Shown: positions 26,921 through 36,641, counted from the stretch's first letter. The stretch is 64,000 nt of DNA from Gemmatimonadota bacterium (GCA_039588255.1 JBDHAF010000002.1:33688-97687); one strand, 5' to 3'. A program made the numbers and translations. The notes: generated by a model from the letters alone, not told the origin.

Positions 26921-28219
26921 ATGAAAGACGTGCTACGTATCAAGGACCTTCCCACCCACGCGGGCGAGACCGTGTCGCTCCGGGCCTGGGTGGCGCGGAC
27001 CCGCTCCAGCGGAAAGATCGCGTTTGTCGTGGTACGAGACGGGACGGGCTATTTGCAATGCGTCGTTCCCAAGAACGAAGTGGACGGCGCGGTGTGGGAC
27101 GTGGTGAACGAGCTGACGCAGGAGACCTCCGTCGAGGTAACGGGTGAAGTCCGCGCCGACGCACGCTCGCCGGGAGGCGTCGAGCTCGGGCTGGCCGGTC
27201 TCCAGGTGATCGGGGAGAGTGTCGACTTCCCCATCACGCCCAAGGAGCACGGTACCACGTACCTGTTCGAGCACCGCCATCTCTGGCTGCGGAGTAAGCG
27301 ACAGGAAGCCATCATGAAGGTGCGCCACGAGGTGGTCCAGGCCATCCGCGACTTCTTCTACGAGCGCGACTTCTATCTGGTGGACACCCCCCTGCTGACC
27401 GGAGCCATCGGTGAAGAGTCGGGCACCCTGTTTGAGACGGACTACTTCGACCTGGGCAAGGCATACCTGGCCCAGACGGGTCAGCTCTACGTGGAGGCCG
27501 CCGCGGCGGCCCTCGGCAAGGTGTACACCTTCGGCCCCACCTTTCGGGCGGAAAAATCCAAGACGCGACGGCACCTGACCGAGTTCTGGATGGTGGAGCC
27601 GGAGGTGGCGTGGTACGACTCCGACGCCAACATGGGGCTGCAGGAAGATTTCGTGAGCTACATCGTCCAGCGCTGTCTCGACCGGCGGCAGCCGGAGCTG
27701 GAGGCACTGGAGCGAGACGTCGCACCGCTCGGAGCGGTCCAGCCTCCGTTCCCCCGTATATCGTACACGGATGCGGTGGAGAGACTACGCGAGCAGGGTC
27801 AGGACATCGAGTGGGGCAGGGGCTTCGGTGCCGACGAGGAAACGATCATCGCCAGTTGGTACGACCGCCCGGTGTTCGTCTACAACTATGCAAAGGAGGC
27901 GAGCGCCTTCTACATGAAGCGCAATCCCGACGATCCCAAGACGGTGTTGAACAACGACTGTCTGGGGCCGGAAGGGGCCGGGGAGATCATCGGCGGGAGT
28001 CAGCGTGAGGACGACCACGATTCCCTTCTCGCACGGATCAGGGAAGAACGTCTACCCGAAGAAGCCTATGGGTGGTATTTGGACCTCCGGAAGTACGGCA
28101 CGTTCGTGCACTCGGGGTTTGGCTTGGGGGTGGAGCGAACGGTGGCCTGGATCTGCGGGATTCCCCACGTGCGTGAGGCGATCGCCTTTCCCCGCCAGAT
28201 GCACCGGATTCGGCCCTAG
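26921..28219 (+). CDS. asnS: Asparagine--tRNA ligase
   Basis: OB anticodon-binding N-terminus (LRAWVARTRSSGKIAFVVVRDGTGYLQ) and class II motifs FGPTFRAEKSKTRRHLTEFWMVEPEVAW, GGSQRE and GFGLGVER. Confidence 0.9.
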   Translation: MKDVLRIKDLPTHAGETVSLRAWVARTRSSGKIAFVVVRDGTGYLQCVVPKNEVDGAVWDVVNELTQETSVEVTGEVRADARSPGGVELGLAGLQVIGESVDFPITPKEHGTTYLFEHRHLWLRSKRQEAIMKVRHEVVQAIRDFFYERDFYLVDTPLLTGAIGEESGTLFETDYFDLGKAYLAQTGQLYVEAAAAALGKVYTFGPTFRAEKSKTRRHLTEFWMVEPEVAWYDSDANMGLQEDFVSYIVQRCLDRRQPELEALERDVAPLGAVQPPFPRISYTDAVERLREQGQDIEWGRGFGADEETIIASWYDRPVFVYNYAKEASAFYMKRNPDDPKTVLNNDCLGPEGAGEIIGGSQREDDHDSLLARIREERLPEEAYGWYLDLRKYGTFVHSGFGLGVERTVAWICGIPHVREAIAFPRQMHRIRP

Positions 28220-28980
28220 GACGACTCCTTCGCCTTTTCCCACAGCGCGTCCAACTCCTCGAGTGAAGCGCGACCGACGTCGACACCGCGGCTCGCGGCT
28301 AGTCGCTCGACCTCTCTGAATCGTCGGTCGAACCGTGTGTTGGCCTTCTCCAACGCGGCACGCGGGTCGCAATCCAGCTTGCGGGCGAGATTGATCACCG
28401 AGAAAAGGAGATCACCGATCTCCGATTCGACACGCCCGGCGTCTTGGCCGTTCTCGAGCTCGGCGTCGAGCTCGGCGAGCTCCTCCGTGATTTTTTCCCG
28501 CGGTCCGTCGGCGTCGGGCCAGTCGAACCCGATGCCGGCCGCTCGTTCCTGCAGGCGGTAGGCCATCAGCACGGCGGGAAGTGTGGGAGGGAGCCCCTCC
28601 AGGATGCTGGCGTGGGCTTCCAGCTCCTTCCGCTTCTGCCGCTCCCACGTCTCGGGCTCATCGCCCAGGTCAAAGAGGTGTGGGTGCCGTTGCTGCATCT
28701 TCGTGACGATCGCGTTGGTGACGTCCTCGGCTCCAAACGCGCCGGTCTCTTCACTCAGCACGATTTGGAATGCCATGTGCAGGAGGACGTCGCCGAGCTC
28801 TTGCTTGATCGCGTCGGCATCGTCGGTGGCGAGCGCGTGATCCAACTCGAGAACCTCTTCAACCAGATACGGGCGCAACGTCGCTCGGGTCTGCTTGCGA
28901 TCCCACGGGCAGCGGTCTCGCAGGTCGCGCACCAGTTCTACGATGCGTCCAAGCGCCGATGGTTCTTGCCTTTGCGTCAT
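28216..28980 (-). CDS. mazG: Nucleoside triphosphate pyrophosphohydrolase MazG
   Basis: Tandem MazG domains: LRDRCPWDRKQT, EEVLELDHAL...ELGDVLLHM, then EELAELDAEL...EIGDLLFSVINLAR. Start taken as the ATG whose complement is 28978-28980. This is the only minus-strand gene. Confidence 0.9.
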   Translation of the reverse strand: MTQRQEPSALGRIVELVRDLRDRCPWDRKQTRATLRPYLVEEVLELDHALATDDADAIKQELGDVLLHMAFQIVLSEETGAFGAEDVTNAIVTKMQQRHPHLFDLGDEPETWERQKRKELEAHASILEGLPPTLPAVLMAYRLQERAAGIGFDWPDADGPREKITEELAELDAELENGQDAGRVESEIGDLLFSVINLARKLDCDPRAALEKANTRFDRRFREVERLAASRGVDVGRASLEELDALWEKAKESS

Positions 28981-29006
28981 TGCGCCGGTACAATACCCGC
29001 GGATTA

Positions 29007-30092
29007 GTGAGCGTGTCAACGGAACTCTCAAAAGACCGGGCCTGGGTTGAAGTCGACCTCGCCAGCCTCGTCGCCAATGCCCGGGCAGTGCGCCGTGCGG
29101 CGCATGATGCTCCCCTCCTTCCCATGGTTAAGGCCAACGGCTACGGACTCGGGGTCCACGCCGTCGTGCGCGCGTTGGAGGCGGCGGAGCCCTGGGGCTA
29201 CGGCGTGGCAACTCCCGCCGAAGGTCGCGAGTTGGTTGAGGCGGGTGTCGAACGACCGATCGTGGTGTTCACCCCCGCGCGTTCGGCGCAACTCGACGCA
29301 CTTCAGGAGCTCGGATTACGGCCGGTGATCGATGACCCCGAGGTCGCCCTGCAGTGGCCGACGATTCTTCCCTACCATTGTGAGATCGATACCGGGATGG
29401 GTCGGGCCGGCATTCGGTGGGACGATACCACTGCATTGGCGAAGGTGGCGGTGTCCCCTCCCGAAGGCGTGTTCACCCACCTCCACTCGGCGGATGAGTC
29501 TCCCGACACGGTGACATTGCAGCTCGAGCGGCTTCACAAGGCACTGGAGGCGTTCTCGCCGCGACCGTCCCTGGTGCACGTGTGCAATAGTGCAGGCTCC
29601 TGGCGGGTGCGGGAGCCATTCGATCTCGCCCGACCGGGGATCTTCCTCTACGGTGGCGAGGCCGGCCCCGATCTGCCGAAGCCGGCCCGGGTCGTGTCGG
29701 TCCGGGCCAGGATCGCGAGCCTGCGCCGCCTCGGCGCGGGCGACACGGTGAGCTACGGGGCCGAGTGGACTGCGCCTGGACCCACGACGGTCGCCACCCT
29801 CTCGATGGGCTATGCGGACGGCCTTCCTCGAGCGGTCAAAGGTCGCGCCAGCGTCCTCGTGGGAGGGCGGCGGCGGCCCGTCGTCGGACGGGTCACCATG
29901 GACATGACCGTTGTCGACCTGGGGCCCGCCGAGGACGTCGGCTGTGGAGTGGGAGACGTGGCGACGGTGATCGGCACCGACGGCGACGAGGAGATCACTC
30001 TCGACGAGTTCGCTCGCTGGGCTGGGACGATCTCCTACGAGATTCTGGTCGGGCTGGGCGCGCGGCTGCCACGGCTCTACACGATGCCATGA
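29007..30092 (+). CDS. alr: Alanine racemase (start uncertain)
   Basis: WVEVDLASLVANARAV...LLPMVKANGYGLG (PLP lysine motif) and the C-terminal beta domain (VSYG, RVTMDM). GTG 29007 is preferred because ATG 28959 would overlap the mazG 5' end. Confidence 0.9.
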   Translation: MSVSTELSKDRAWVEVDLASLVANARAVRRAAHDAPLLPMVKANGYGLGVHAVVRALEAAEPWGYGVATPAEGRELVEAGVERPIVVFTPARSAQLDALQELGLRPVIDDPEVALQWPTILPYHCEIDTGMGRAGIRWDDTTALAKVAVSPPEGVFTHLHSADESPDTVTLQLERLHKALEAFSPRPSLVHVCNSAGSWRVREPFDLARPGIFLYGGEAGPDLPKPARVVSVRARIASLRRLGAGDTVSYGAEWTAPGPTTVATLSMGYADGLPRAVKGRASVLVGGRRRPVVGRVTMDMTVVDLGPAEDVGCGVGDVATVIGTDGDEEITLDEFARWAGTISYEILVGLGARLPRLYTMP

Positions 30093-31270
30093 GCGCTCGC
30101 CGGCAGGGGCGGGTTGCCCTCATCGTGCTCGACGGCGTGGGAATCGGCGCAGCTCCAGATGCGGCGGACTATGGAGATGTGGGCAGCGACACGCTGGGCA
30201 ACACCGCCCGCGCCGTAGGCGGATTCGACCTGCCGTGCCTCGAGGCGTTGGGGTTGGGGTGCTGTCGGCCGTTGGCCGGACTGGCCTGCAGCGGCGCCAC
30301 GGCGGCTCACGGCGTGGCGATCCCCGAGTCAAAGGGGAAGGACTCCACCTCCGGTCACTGGGAGCTGTGCGGTGTGATTCTAGACCGGCCGCTTCCGGTC
30401 TATCCCCGGGGGTTTCCCGACCCCATCGTCACTCGGTTCGCCGATGCCACGGGCCGCGGCGTTTTGGCCAACAAGCCGGCGTCCGGCACGGCCGTGATCG
30501 AGGAGTGGGGGGCCGAGCACCTCGCCACTGGAGCGTGGATCGTCTACACGTCGGCCGACAGCGTCTTCCAGATCGCCGCCCACGAGGAGCGGGTTCCCCT
30601 GGAGGAGATCTACGCCGCCGCGCAGGCGGCCAGGGAGATCATGGTCGGCGAGCACGGGGTGGCCCGCGTCATCGCCCGGCCGTTTGTCGGGAGGCCCGGA
30701 GCGTTCCAACGAGTCTCGGGGCACCGCAGGGATTTTTCCCTCGAGCCGGTGGCAGCGACACTGTTGGACCACCTCGCCGCCGCAAACGTCGAGCGGGTGG
30801 GGGTGGGAAAGGTGGACGACCTCTTCGCCGGACGGAGCATCACGAGCCGGCACACGCCGACGAACGAGGATGCGTACCGGCTCATCGGCGACGCACTGCG
30901 GTCCATCGACACGGGATTAATCCTGGCCAACGTCATCGAATTCGACCAGACCTGGGGGCACAGGAACGATGTGCCGGGGTTCTATAAGGGGCTACAGGCG
31001 CTGGACCGGGCACTTCCCGGATTGATCGGGTTGCTTCAGGACGACGATCTGATGATTCTCACTGCGGATCACGGGAACGATCCGACCAGCGCCTCGTCCG
31101 ACCACTCCCGGGAGGCCGTCCCGCTTCTGGTCGTGGGGCCCCGAGTTCGTCCGGTGACGCTCGGTGCGAGGGCGTTCGTCGACGTGGGGGCCACGGTGGC
31201 CCACTATTTCGGGCTGGATCTGGGAGTGGGGGAATCGTTCCTGGCGCCGGTAACGGGAGGGTCAGAATGA
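30089..31270 (+). CDS. deoB: Phosphopentomutase
   Basis: VALIVLDGVGIGAAPDA...GSDTLGN, SGHWE, and TADHGNDPT metal-site motifs. ATGA overlap with alr. Confidence 0.92.
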   Translation: MSARRQGRVALIVLDGVGIGAAPDAADYGDVGSDTLGNTARAVGGFDLPCLEALGLGCCRPLAGLACSGATAAHGVAIPESKGKDSTSGHWELCGVILDRPLPVYPRGFPDPIVTRFADATGRGVLANKPASGTAVIEEWGAEHLATGAWIVYTSADSVFQIAAHEERVPLEEIYAAAQAAREIMVGEHGVARVIARPFVGRPGAFQRVSGHRRDFSLEPVAATLLDHLAAANVERVGVGKVDDLFAGRSITSRHTPTNEDAYRLIGDALRSIDTGLILANVIEFDQTWGHRNDVPGFYKGLQALDRALPGLIGLLQDDDLMILTADHGNDPTSASSDHSREAVPLLVVGPRVRPVTLGARAFVDVGATVAHYFGLDLGVGESFLAPVTGGSE

Positions 31271-31656
31271 AGGACCGGTTGGTGCAGGCTGCCACCGAGG
31301 CGCAGGGCAACGCATACGCGCCCTACAGCGGCTTCAGGGTCGGCGCCGCCCTGCAGGCTGATGATGGACGTATCTTTATTGGGGCCAACGTCGAGAACGC
31401 CTCGTACGGGCTGACCAACTGCGCCGAACGTGTGGCCCTGGGGTCGGGTGTGGCTGCCGGAGCCAGGCGGTTTGAGCGCCTCGTGGTGGTCTCGGATGGG
31501 TCGCCCCCGTCGGCGCCGTGTGGCGCGTGCCGCCAGGCTCTGGCCGAGATGGGCACCGGTCTCCTGGTCGAGGCGGTTGGCCCGGAGGGATCGCGTCGCT
31601 GGAAGCTGGCGGAGCTGCTTCCGGACCCGTTTGGTGCGGCAGACCTTGCACCGTGA
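31267..31656 (+). CDS. cdd: Cytidine deaminase
   Basis: 129 aa. Zinc motifs CAERVA and PCGACRQ. ATGA overlap with deoB. Confidence 0.92.
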   Translation: MKDRLVQAATEAQGNAYAPYSGFRVGAALQADDGRIFIGANVENASYGLTNCAERVALGSGVAAGARRFERLVVVSDGSPPSAPCGACRQALAEMGTGLLVEAVGPEGSRRWKLAELLPDPFGAADLAP

Positions 31657-31666
31657 GAAGGAGTTG

Positions 31667-32866
31667 ATGCGAAGCGGAAAGTTCGTGGTCGTGTTGGGTG
31701 GTTTGGCCGTGGGGGCGCTCGCGTGTGAAGAGAGCGTCACCGCGCCCGGCGTGTGTCCGGATTTTTGCCCGACCGGTGAAATTCAGCTGGTCGATACGGT
31801 GTTGGTCGGAATCCTGGAGGGCGATATCTCCTTCACCGGGTACGCCGAGCCAAACGAAGCCGTGTGGATGCAGGTGGTGGGCGGCGGCGCCGCCGTGGAG
31901 GCCCGCAGTGTGGTGTGGTTTCCCCAGTTCCGCGACAGCGCCTTCATAGACTCCGTCACCCGGGGCCCGGTGGTCGGGCTGGATTCGTTCAGGCTGGACC
32001 TGGTGTTGGTCGACCATACGCCCGTCCCGGGGCTCGAGGTCACGGTCCACCGCATGCCGCCGTCGGTCGATCGCGAGAGCGACTTTGCCGCGTTGGCTCC
32101 GTACTTCGAAGACAGCACCATTATCGGGACCGTGGTGGTTGCCGACAGGCTCCCGTCCGATACGGTGTCGGCGATCATTCCGGTCGACGCATTCCCCACG
32201 TTCGCGGAAGACAGCCAGCGAGTCGCAGTGGGGCTCTCGATTCGGGGGAGTCAACCGGCGTTTGCCACGTTCGAGACCCGGGAGGCAAACCTCGGCCCCA
32301 TGATGAACCGTTTCGTGAAACTGGAGTCTTCCGAGTCCGATACCGTCGAGCAGATCGACTTTATCACGGCGGCATTCGATAGTTTCGTCGACACCGATCC
32401 TCCGCCTCCGACTGGGGGAAGCCTCGTCGTAGGAGGCACGCCGTCGTCGCGCACTTTCATGAAGGTCGTCATACCCTCGTTCATCCTGGATTCCTCCGAC
32501 GTCGTGCGGGCGCAGCTGCTCCTGGTACCGGTTGAACCGGTGTTGGGCGGCCCGTTGGATACCTTCGAGCTAGTGGCCGAGGCACTGGGTGCGGACTTCG
32601 GGGCAAAGTCGCCCATCATTGCATCCGTCGACACGCTGCTGGTCAAGACCCCGGTGGGTGTCGGTACGATGGACACGGTGGCGGTCGACATCTCCCGTAT
32701 CGTGGTTGTTTGGCAGAGCGATACCACGCAGGTTCGTACCTTGGTAGTGCGGGCCCGCTTCGAAGCGGCGACGGTGGCCGAACTGCGCTTGGGCTCCACG
32801 CGAATCCCCGGGTTCGAACCGGTGGTTCGTGTGACTTACGTTCCACCCTTTACGTTCGTGCAATGA
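31667..32866 (+). CDS. Probable lipoprotein, unknown function
   Basis: 399 aa. GAAGGAG Shine-Dalgarno 4 nt upstream of ATG 31667. Signal peptide ending GALAC (lipobox-like). Beta-rich, Asp/Val/Thr-rich body. No family recognised with certainty. Confidence 0.6.
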   Translation: MRSGKFVVVLGGLAVGALACEESVTAPGVCPDFCPTGEIQLVDTVLVGILEGDISFTGYAEPNEAVWMQVVGGGAAVEARSVVWFPQFRDSAFIDSVTRGPVVGLDSFRLDLVLVDHTPVPGLEVTVHRMPPSVDRESDFAALAPYFEDSTIIGTVVVADRLPSDTVSAIIPVDAFPTFAEDSQRVAVGLSIRGSQPAFATFETREANLGPMMNRFVKLESSESDTVEQIDFITAAFDSFVDTDPPPPTGGSLVVGGTPSSRTFMKVVIPSFILDSSDVVRAQLLLVPVEPVLGGPLDTFELVAEALGADFGAKSPIIASVDTLLVKTPVGVGTMDTVAVDISRIVVVWQSDTTQVRTLVVRARFEAATVAELRLGSTRIPGFEPVVRVTYVPPFTFVQ

Positions 32867-34008
32867 TGGGTCGTCTTGCGCTGGTGGGGGTGTTGGCTGC
32901 GCTGAGTCCGATTGCGCTTCACGCCCAGAATTCCATCTACGGCACGCGAGGGATCGGTTTCCCCGGTCGGACCGCCAGTGTGCGGTCGCTGGGCCTTGGG
33001 GGCGGGGCGGACATGTTCGACCGGGGGTCGGTGCTCAATCCCGCGTTGGCCGCAACTTTCGGGCGGGTCACCGTCGGCATCGTGTCGGGCACGACGTTCC
33101 GCAATTTCTCGGCAGGCGGCGTCGAGGCCTCGGGTCTCCGGGAGACGAGATTCCCGCTGGCCTTCCTCGGTGGTGGGATCATGCGGTCGGCTTTCTCGTA
33201 CGAGCTGAGTCTTTCGACGTATGCCGAGCGGACCTTCGATGTGCAAACCGAAGACACTGTGCTGGTCGACGGTGTGTCCCTGCCGGTGCGGGATCGCGTG
33301 GTCGCGAACGGGGCGGTTGTCGACCTGCGTGTGGCGTTCGGGTGGACGGCGTCGGCGAAGTTTGCCGTGGGAGCCGCGTTTCACCGGCTGATGGGATCGA
33401 GCCGGTTCACCGCCACGCGAGTCTTCGAGAACAACGAGTTCCAACCTTTTGCAGAAGACGACGCCTTGCGGTTCAAAGGCATAGGGTTCTCAGCCGGCGG
33501 GCTGTGGTTGCCCACGCCATCCCTTGGTTTTGCGGCCACGGCACGAATTAACTCGTCGCTGGGTGGTGAGTTGGACGATCGGTCCACCGCGGACGTTGGG
33601 TTGCCGATTTCCCTCGGCGGCGGGGCGTGGCTTGCTTTCGGATCTCAGGTGCACTTCACGACCACGGCGCGGTGGCGGTCGTGGAGCAGGGGCCAGGACG
33701 ACCTCGCCTCCACCGGCACGCGAGCCTTCGACACGTGGGAGGTGGGTTCAGGAATAGAACTCGGCTCGCTGGGGGAGGGTGGATTGAAGTACCCCATACG
33801 GCTGGGTATTCGCTACGCACAGCTGCCCTACAGTCCGAATGACGATCAGCCAACGGAGTGGAACTTTTCCGTGGGAACGGGTGCCCCGTTTGCCGCCAAC
33901 CGAGCCGTCATCGACCTGGCGCTGCAGCGGTTCAGACGCGATGGTGCCGGAGCCAGCGAGCGGGGGTGGTACTTTACGGTGGGCGTCACCATCACGCCGA
34001 TTCAGTAG
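32863..34008 (+). CDS. Probable outer-membrane beta-barrel protein, unknown function
   Basis: 381 aa. Signal peptide ALSPIALHA-QN, alternating hydrophobic beta-strand pattern with Gly/aromatic girdles, and a C-terminal WYFTVGVTITPIQ strand. The start overlaps the upstream stop (ATGATG/TGA). Confidence 0.6.
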   Translation: MMGRLALVGVLAALSPIALHAQNSIYGTRGIGFPGRTASVRSLGLGGGADMFDRGSVLNPALAATFGRVTVGIVSGTTFRNFSAGGVEASGLRETRFPLAFLGGGIMRSAFSYELSLSTYAERTFDVQTEDTVLVDGVSLPVRDRVVANGAVVDLRVAFGWTASAKFAVGAAFHRLMGSSRFTATRVFENNEFQPFAEDDALRFKGIGFSAGGLWLPTPSLGFAATARINSSLGGELDDRSTADVGLPISLGGGAWLAFGSQVHFTTTARWRSWSRGQDDLASTGTRAFDTWEVGSGIELGSLGEGGLKYPIRLGIRYAQLPYSPNDDQPTEWNFSVGTGAPFAANRAVIDLALQRFRRDGAGASERGWYFTVGVTITPIQ

Positions 34009-34028
34009 TCCGCGACACCCTCTCCGTC

Positions 34029-35273
34029 ATGCGCGTCTACTTTCACACCTTTGGCTGCAAGGCCAACCAGTACGATACCGAGGCCGTGCGGCAGGCCGTG
34101 GAGTCCGCCGGCGCGGAGGCCGTGGCGCGTCCTGAGGGAGCGGACATCGCCGTGGTCAACTCCTGTACGGTGACGCATACGGGCGAGGCGAAGATGCGGA
34201 GTTTCGTCCGTCGCTTGCGCCGTGGCCGGCCCAAACTGCGCACGGTCGTCATGGGGTGTGCCGCCGCTCTCGACGACGGTGCCCTGGCAGCGTTGCCCGG
34301 AGTGGAGGCTGTTGTGGCCGGGGCGGATCCGGGCGCGATTCTCGACGCCATCGGATTGGAGGGCCCGCCGGTGGACCCGATCCTCCGTTCTTTTCCCCGG
34401 GGCACACGAGCCTGGTTGAAGATCCAGGACGGCTGTGACGAACACTGCACGTTCTGTGCGACGACCATGGCGCGCGGGGCGAATCGGTCACGACCGATGG
34501 CCGAGGTCGTGGAGGAGGCCCGCGCGCTGGGGATCCACCACCAGGAGATCGTCCTCACCGGCGTGCACATCGGGACCTATGGCAACGACGTTGGGAACGG
34601 AATGAATCTGGCCACGCTGGTCGAGGGCTTGCTCTCTCTAGTGGGTGGGACACGATTCCGGCTCTCGTCGGTGGAGGCGACCGAGGTCGACGAGCGTCTG
34701 GTGGATCTCATGAGCGATTCGCCCGCCCGACTCGCTTCACATCTGCATGCCCCGCTGCAGTCCGGGAGTGACGAGGTCCTCAAACGCATGGGACGGCACT
34801 GGTATACCGCGGCAACCTATCGCGACCGCTGCGAGGCTCTTGCCGGGCGCGTCCCGACCCTTGGCCTCGGGGCCGACGTGATTGTGGGGTTCCCCGGCGA
34901 GACAGACGACGATCACCACGCTACCCGCGAGACCATCGAGTCGCTCCCGTTTACCTATCTGCACGTCTTCCCGTATTCGGAGCGTCCGGGAGCGTCGGCG
35001 CGGCGTCTCGGGCCGCCGGTCCATCCTTCGGCGACCGCGTCCCGCTCCGCCGAGCTGCGGGATTTGGCGGAGCAAAAGGGCGCGGCGTACCGGCAACGAC
35101 GAATCGGCGGTGATGCGGATGTGGTGGTGCTCGGCCGTCACCGGGGGAAGGTGCAGGGGCTGACGGAGGATTATCTCGAAGTCTCCTTACCCGCAGATCG
35201 CACCTACCCGCCGCGGTTCGCGGCGGTGCTGCGCCAAGAGGAGGACGGGACCCTGATGGCGGAGGTCCAGTGA
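34029..35273 (+). CDS. mtaB: Radical SAM methylthiotransferase, MtaB-like
   Basis: MRVYFHTFGCKANQYD (UPF0004 N-domain), CDEHCTFC radical SAM cluster motif, and a TRAM-like C-terminus. The subfamily call is less certain than the family call. Confidence 0.75.
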   Translation: MRVYFHTFGCKANQYDTEAVRQAVESAGAEAVARPEGADIAVVNSCTVTHTGEAKMRSFVRRLRRGRPKLRTVVMGCAAALDDGALAALPGVEAVVAGADPGAILDAIGLEGPPVDPILRSFPRGTRAWLKIQDGCDEHCTFCATTMARGANRSRPMAEVVEEARALGIHHQEIVLTGVHIGTYGNDVGNGMNLATLVEGLLSLVGGTRFRLSSVEATEVDERLVDLMSDSPARLASHLHAPLQSGSDEVLKRMGRHWYTAATYRDRCEALAGRVPTLGLGADVIVGFPGETDDDHHATRETIESLPFTYLHVFPYSERPGASARRLGPPVHPSATASRSAELRDLAEQKGAAYRQRRIGGDADVVVLGRHRGKVQGLTEDYLEVSLPADRTYPPRFAAVLRQEEDGTLMAEVQ

Positions 35274-36601
35274 TGGCACCGCCAAAGCGCATTTATGTGG
35301 AAACCTACGGGTGCCAGATGAACGTGGCGGACACCGAGCTGATCCTCGGCCTGCTGGATCGGGACGGGTACGCGGCCGCTGAGTCGCCGGAGGACGCCGA
35401 TGTCATTCTGGTGAACACGTGTGCCATCCGGGACAACGCGGAGCAACGCGTGTATGGCCGCGTTGGGGAACTGAAGCGGCACAAGCGCACGGGTGGGGTC
35501 CTCGGCGTGGTTGGTTGCATGGCTCAGCGGCTCGGGGCCGATCTTCTCGACGCCGTCTCCCATATCGACCTGGTCGTGGGTCCCGACGGATACCGGGGGT
35601 TGCCCGAGCTGATCCACCGCGCGGCGGCCGGAGAACGGACAGTGGATGTCGACTTCAAATCGTGGGAGCACTACGAAGACGTGCCCCCGGTGCGGTCGGC
35701 TCAGGTGAGTGCGTTCGTGACCGTGCAACGCGGATGCAATTATCGGTGCACGTTCTGCATCGTTCCGATGACGCGGGGCTCCGAGCGGAGCCGTAGCTTG
35801 ACCGACGTGGTTCGCGAGGTCGAGGACCTCGCGGCGAGCGGCGTGACGGAAGTAACGCTACTGGGACAGACGGTCAACAGCTACCATGACGAATCGCACG
35901 ACTTTGCCGATCTCTTGCGCGCGGTGGGAAAGGTGGACGGTGTCCGCCGAGTCCGGTTTACCAGTCCGCACCCGAACGACTTCAGTCAACCGGTCATCGA
36001 TGCCATGGCCGCGGTGCCGGAGGTGTGCGAACACGTACACCTGCCGGTTCAGAGCGGCTCGTCCCGCGTGCTCAAACGCATGTTACGGCGTTACACCCGC
36101 GACGCATACCTGGTGTGCGTCGACCGCCTCCGCGAGGCGATTCCCCAGTTGGCGATCACGACGGACATCATCGTCGGATTCCCGGGAGAGACCGAAGAGG
36201 ATTTCCTCGAAACGGATTCTTTGGTGCGCCAAGTGCAGTTCGATGATGCGTTCACCTTCAAGTACTCGGTCCGTGACGGCACGCCAGCCGTCAAGATCAA
36301 GGACCACGTGCCCGACGAGGTGGCGGGTGAGCGCCTCGAGCGGATCATTGGTACGGTGCGTGGAGTGGCCCGGGCGAAGAACGCCGGCCTCGTCGGGACG
36401 ACCCATGAGGTGCTGGTGGAAAAGCGGGCGCGCCGCGGCGAGATGCTGCAATCGCGCACCCGGACCAATAAGGTCGTGCTCATCGAGGGTACCACCGACC
36501 TCGTGGGCAGCTATCAACGCATCCGCCTCACCGGTACCACCGGGTCCACATTCACCGGTCTGCCCACGGTCGCCGGTCGGGAGCTCTCCGTCATCGAGTA
36601 G
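35270..36601 (+). CDS. miaB: tRNA-2-methylthio-N6-dimethylallyladenosine synthase MiaB
   Basis: YVETYGCQMNVADTE, CNYRCTFCIVP radical SAM motif, SPHPNDF, and a TRAM domain. GTG 35270 or ATG 35273 overlaps the mtaB stop. Confidence 0.9.
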   Translation: MMAPPKRIYVETYGCQMNVADTELILGLLDRDGYAAAESPEDADVILVNTCAIRDNAEQRVYGRVGELKRHKRTGGVLGVVGCMAQRLGADLLDAVSHIDLVVGPDGYRGLPELIHRAAAGERTVDVDFKSWEHYEDVPPVRSAQVSAFVTVQRGCNYRCTFCIVPMTRGSERSRSLTDVVREVEDLAASGVTEVTLLGQTVNSYHDESHDFADLLRAVGKVDGVRRVRFTSPHPNDFSQPVIDAMAAVPEVCEHVHLPVQSGSSRVLKRMLRRYTRDAYLVCVDRLREAIPQLAITTDIIVGFPGETEEDFLETDSLVRQVQFDDAFTFKYSVRDGTPAVKIKDHVPDEVAGERLERIIGTVRGVARAKNAGLVGTTHEVLVEKRARRGEMLQSRTRTNKVVLIEGTTDLVGSYQRIRLTGTTGSTFTGLPTVAGRELSVIE

Positions 36602-36641
36602 TCCCCCCGACATTCTCCTCCCCCAGCAGCGGTAGCCAGCC

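Noticed and set aside
28216-28219. The convergent asnS and mazG stop codons share the palindrome CTAG
   Set aside because: It is real in the sequence but most simply explained by genome compaction. There is no hairpin or other structure to suggest a regulatory role.
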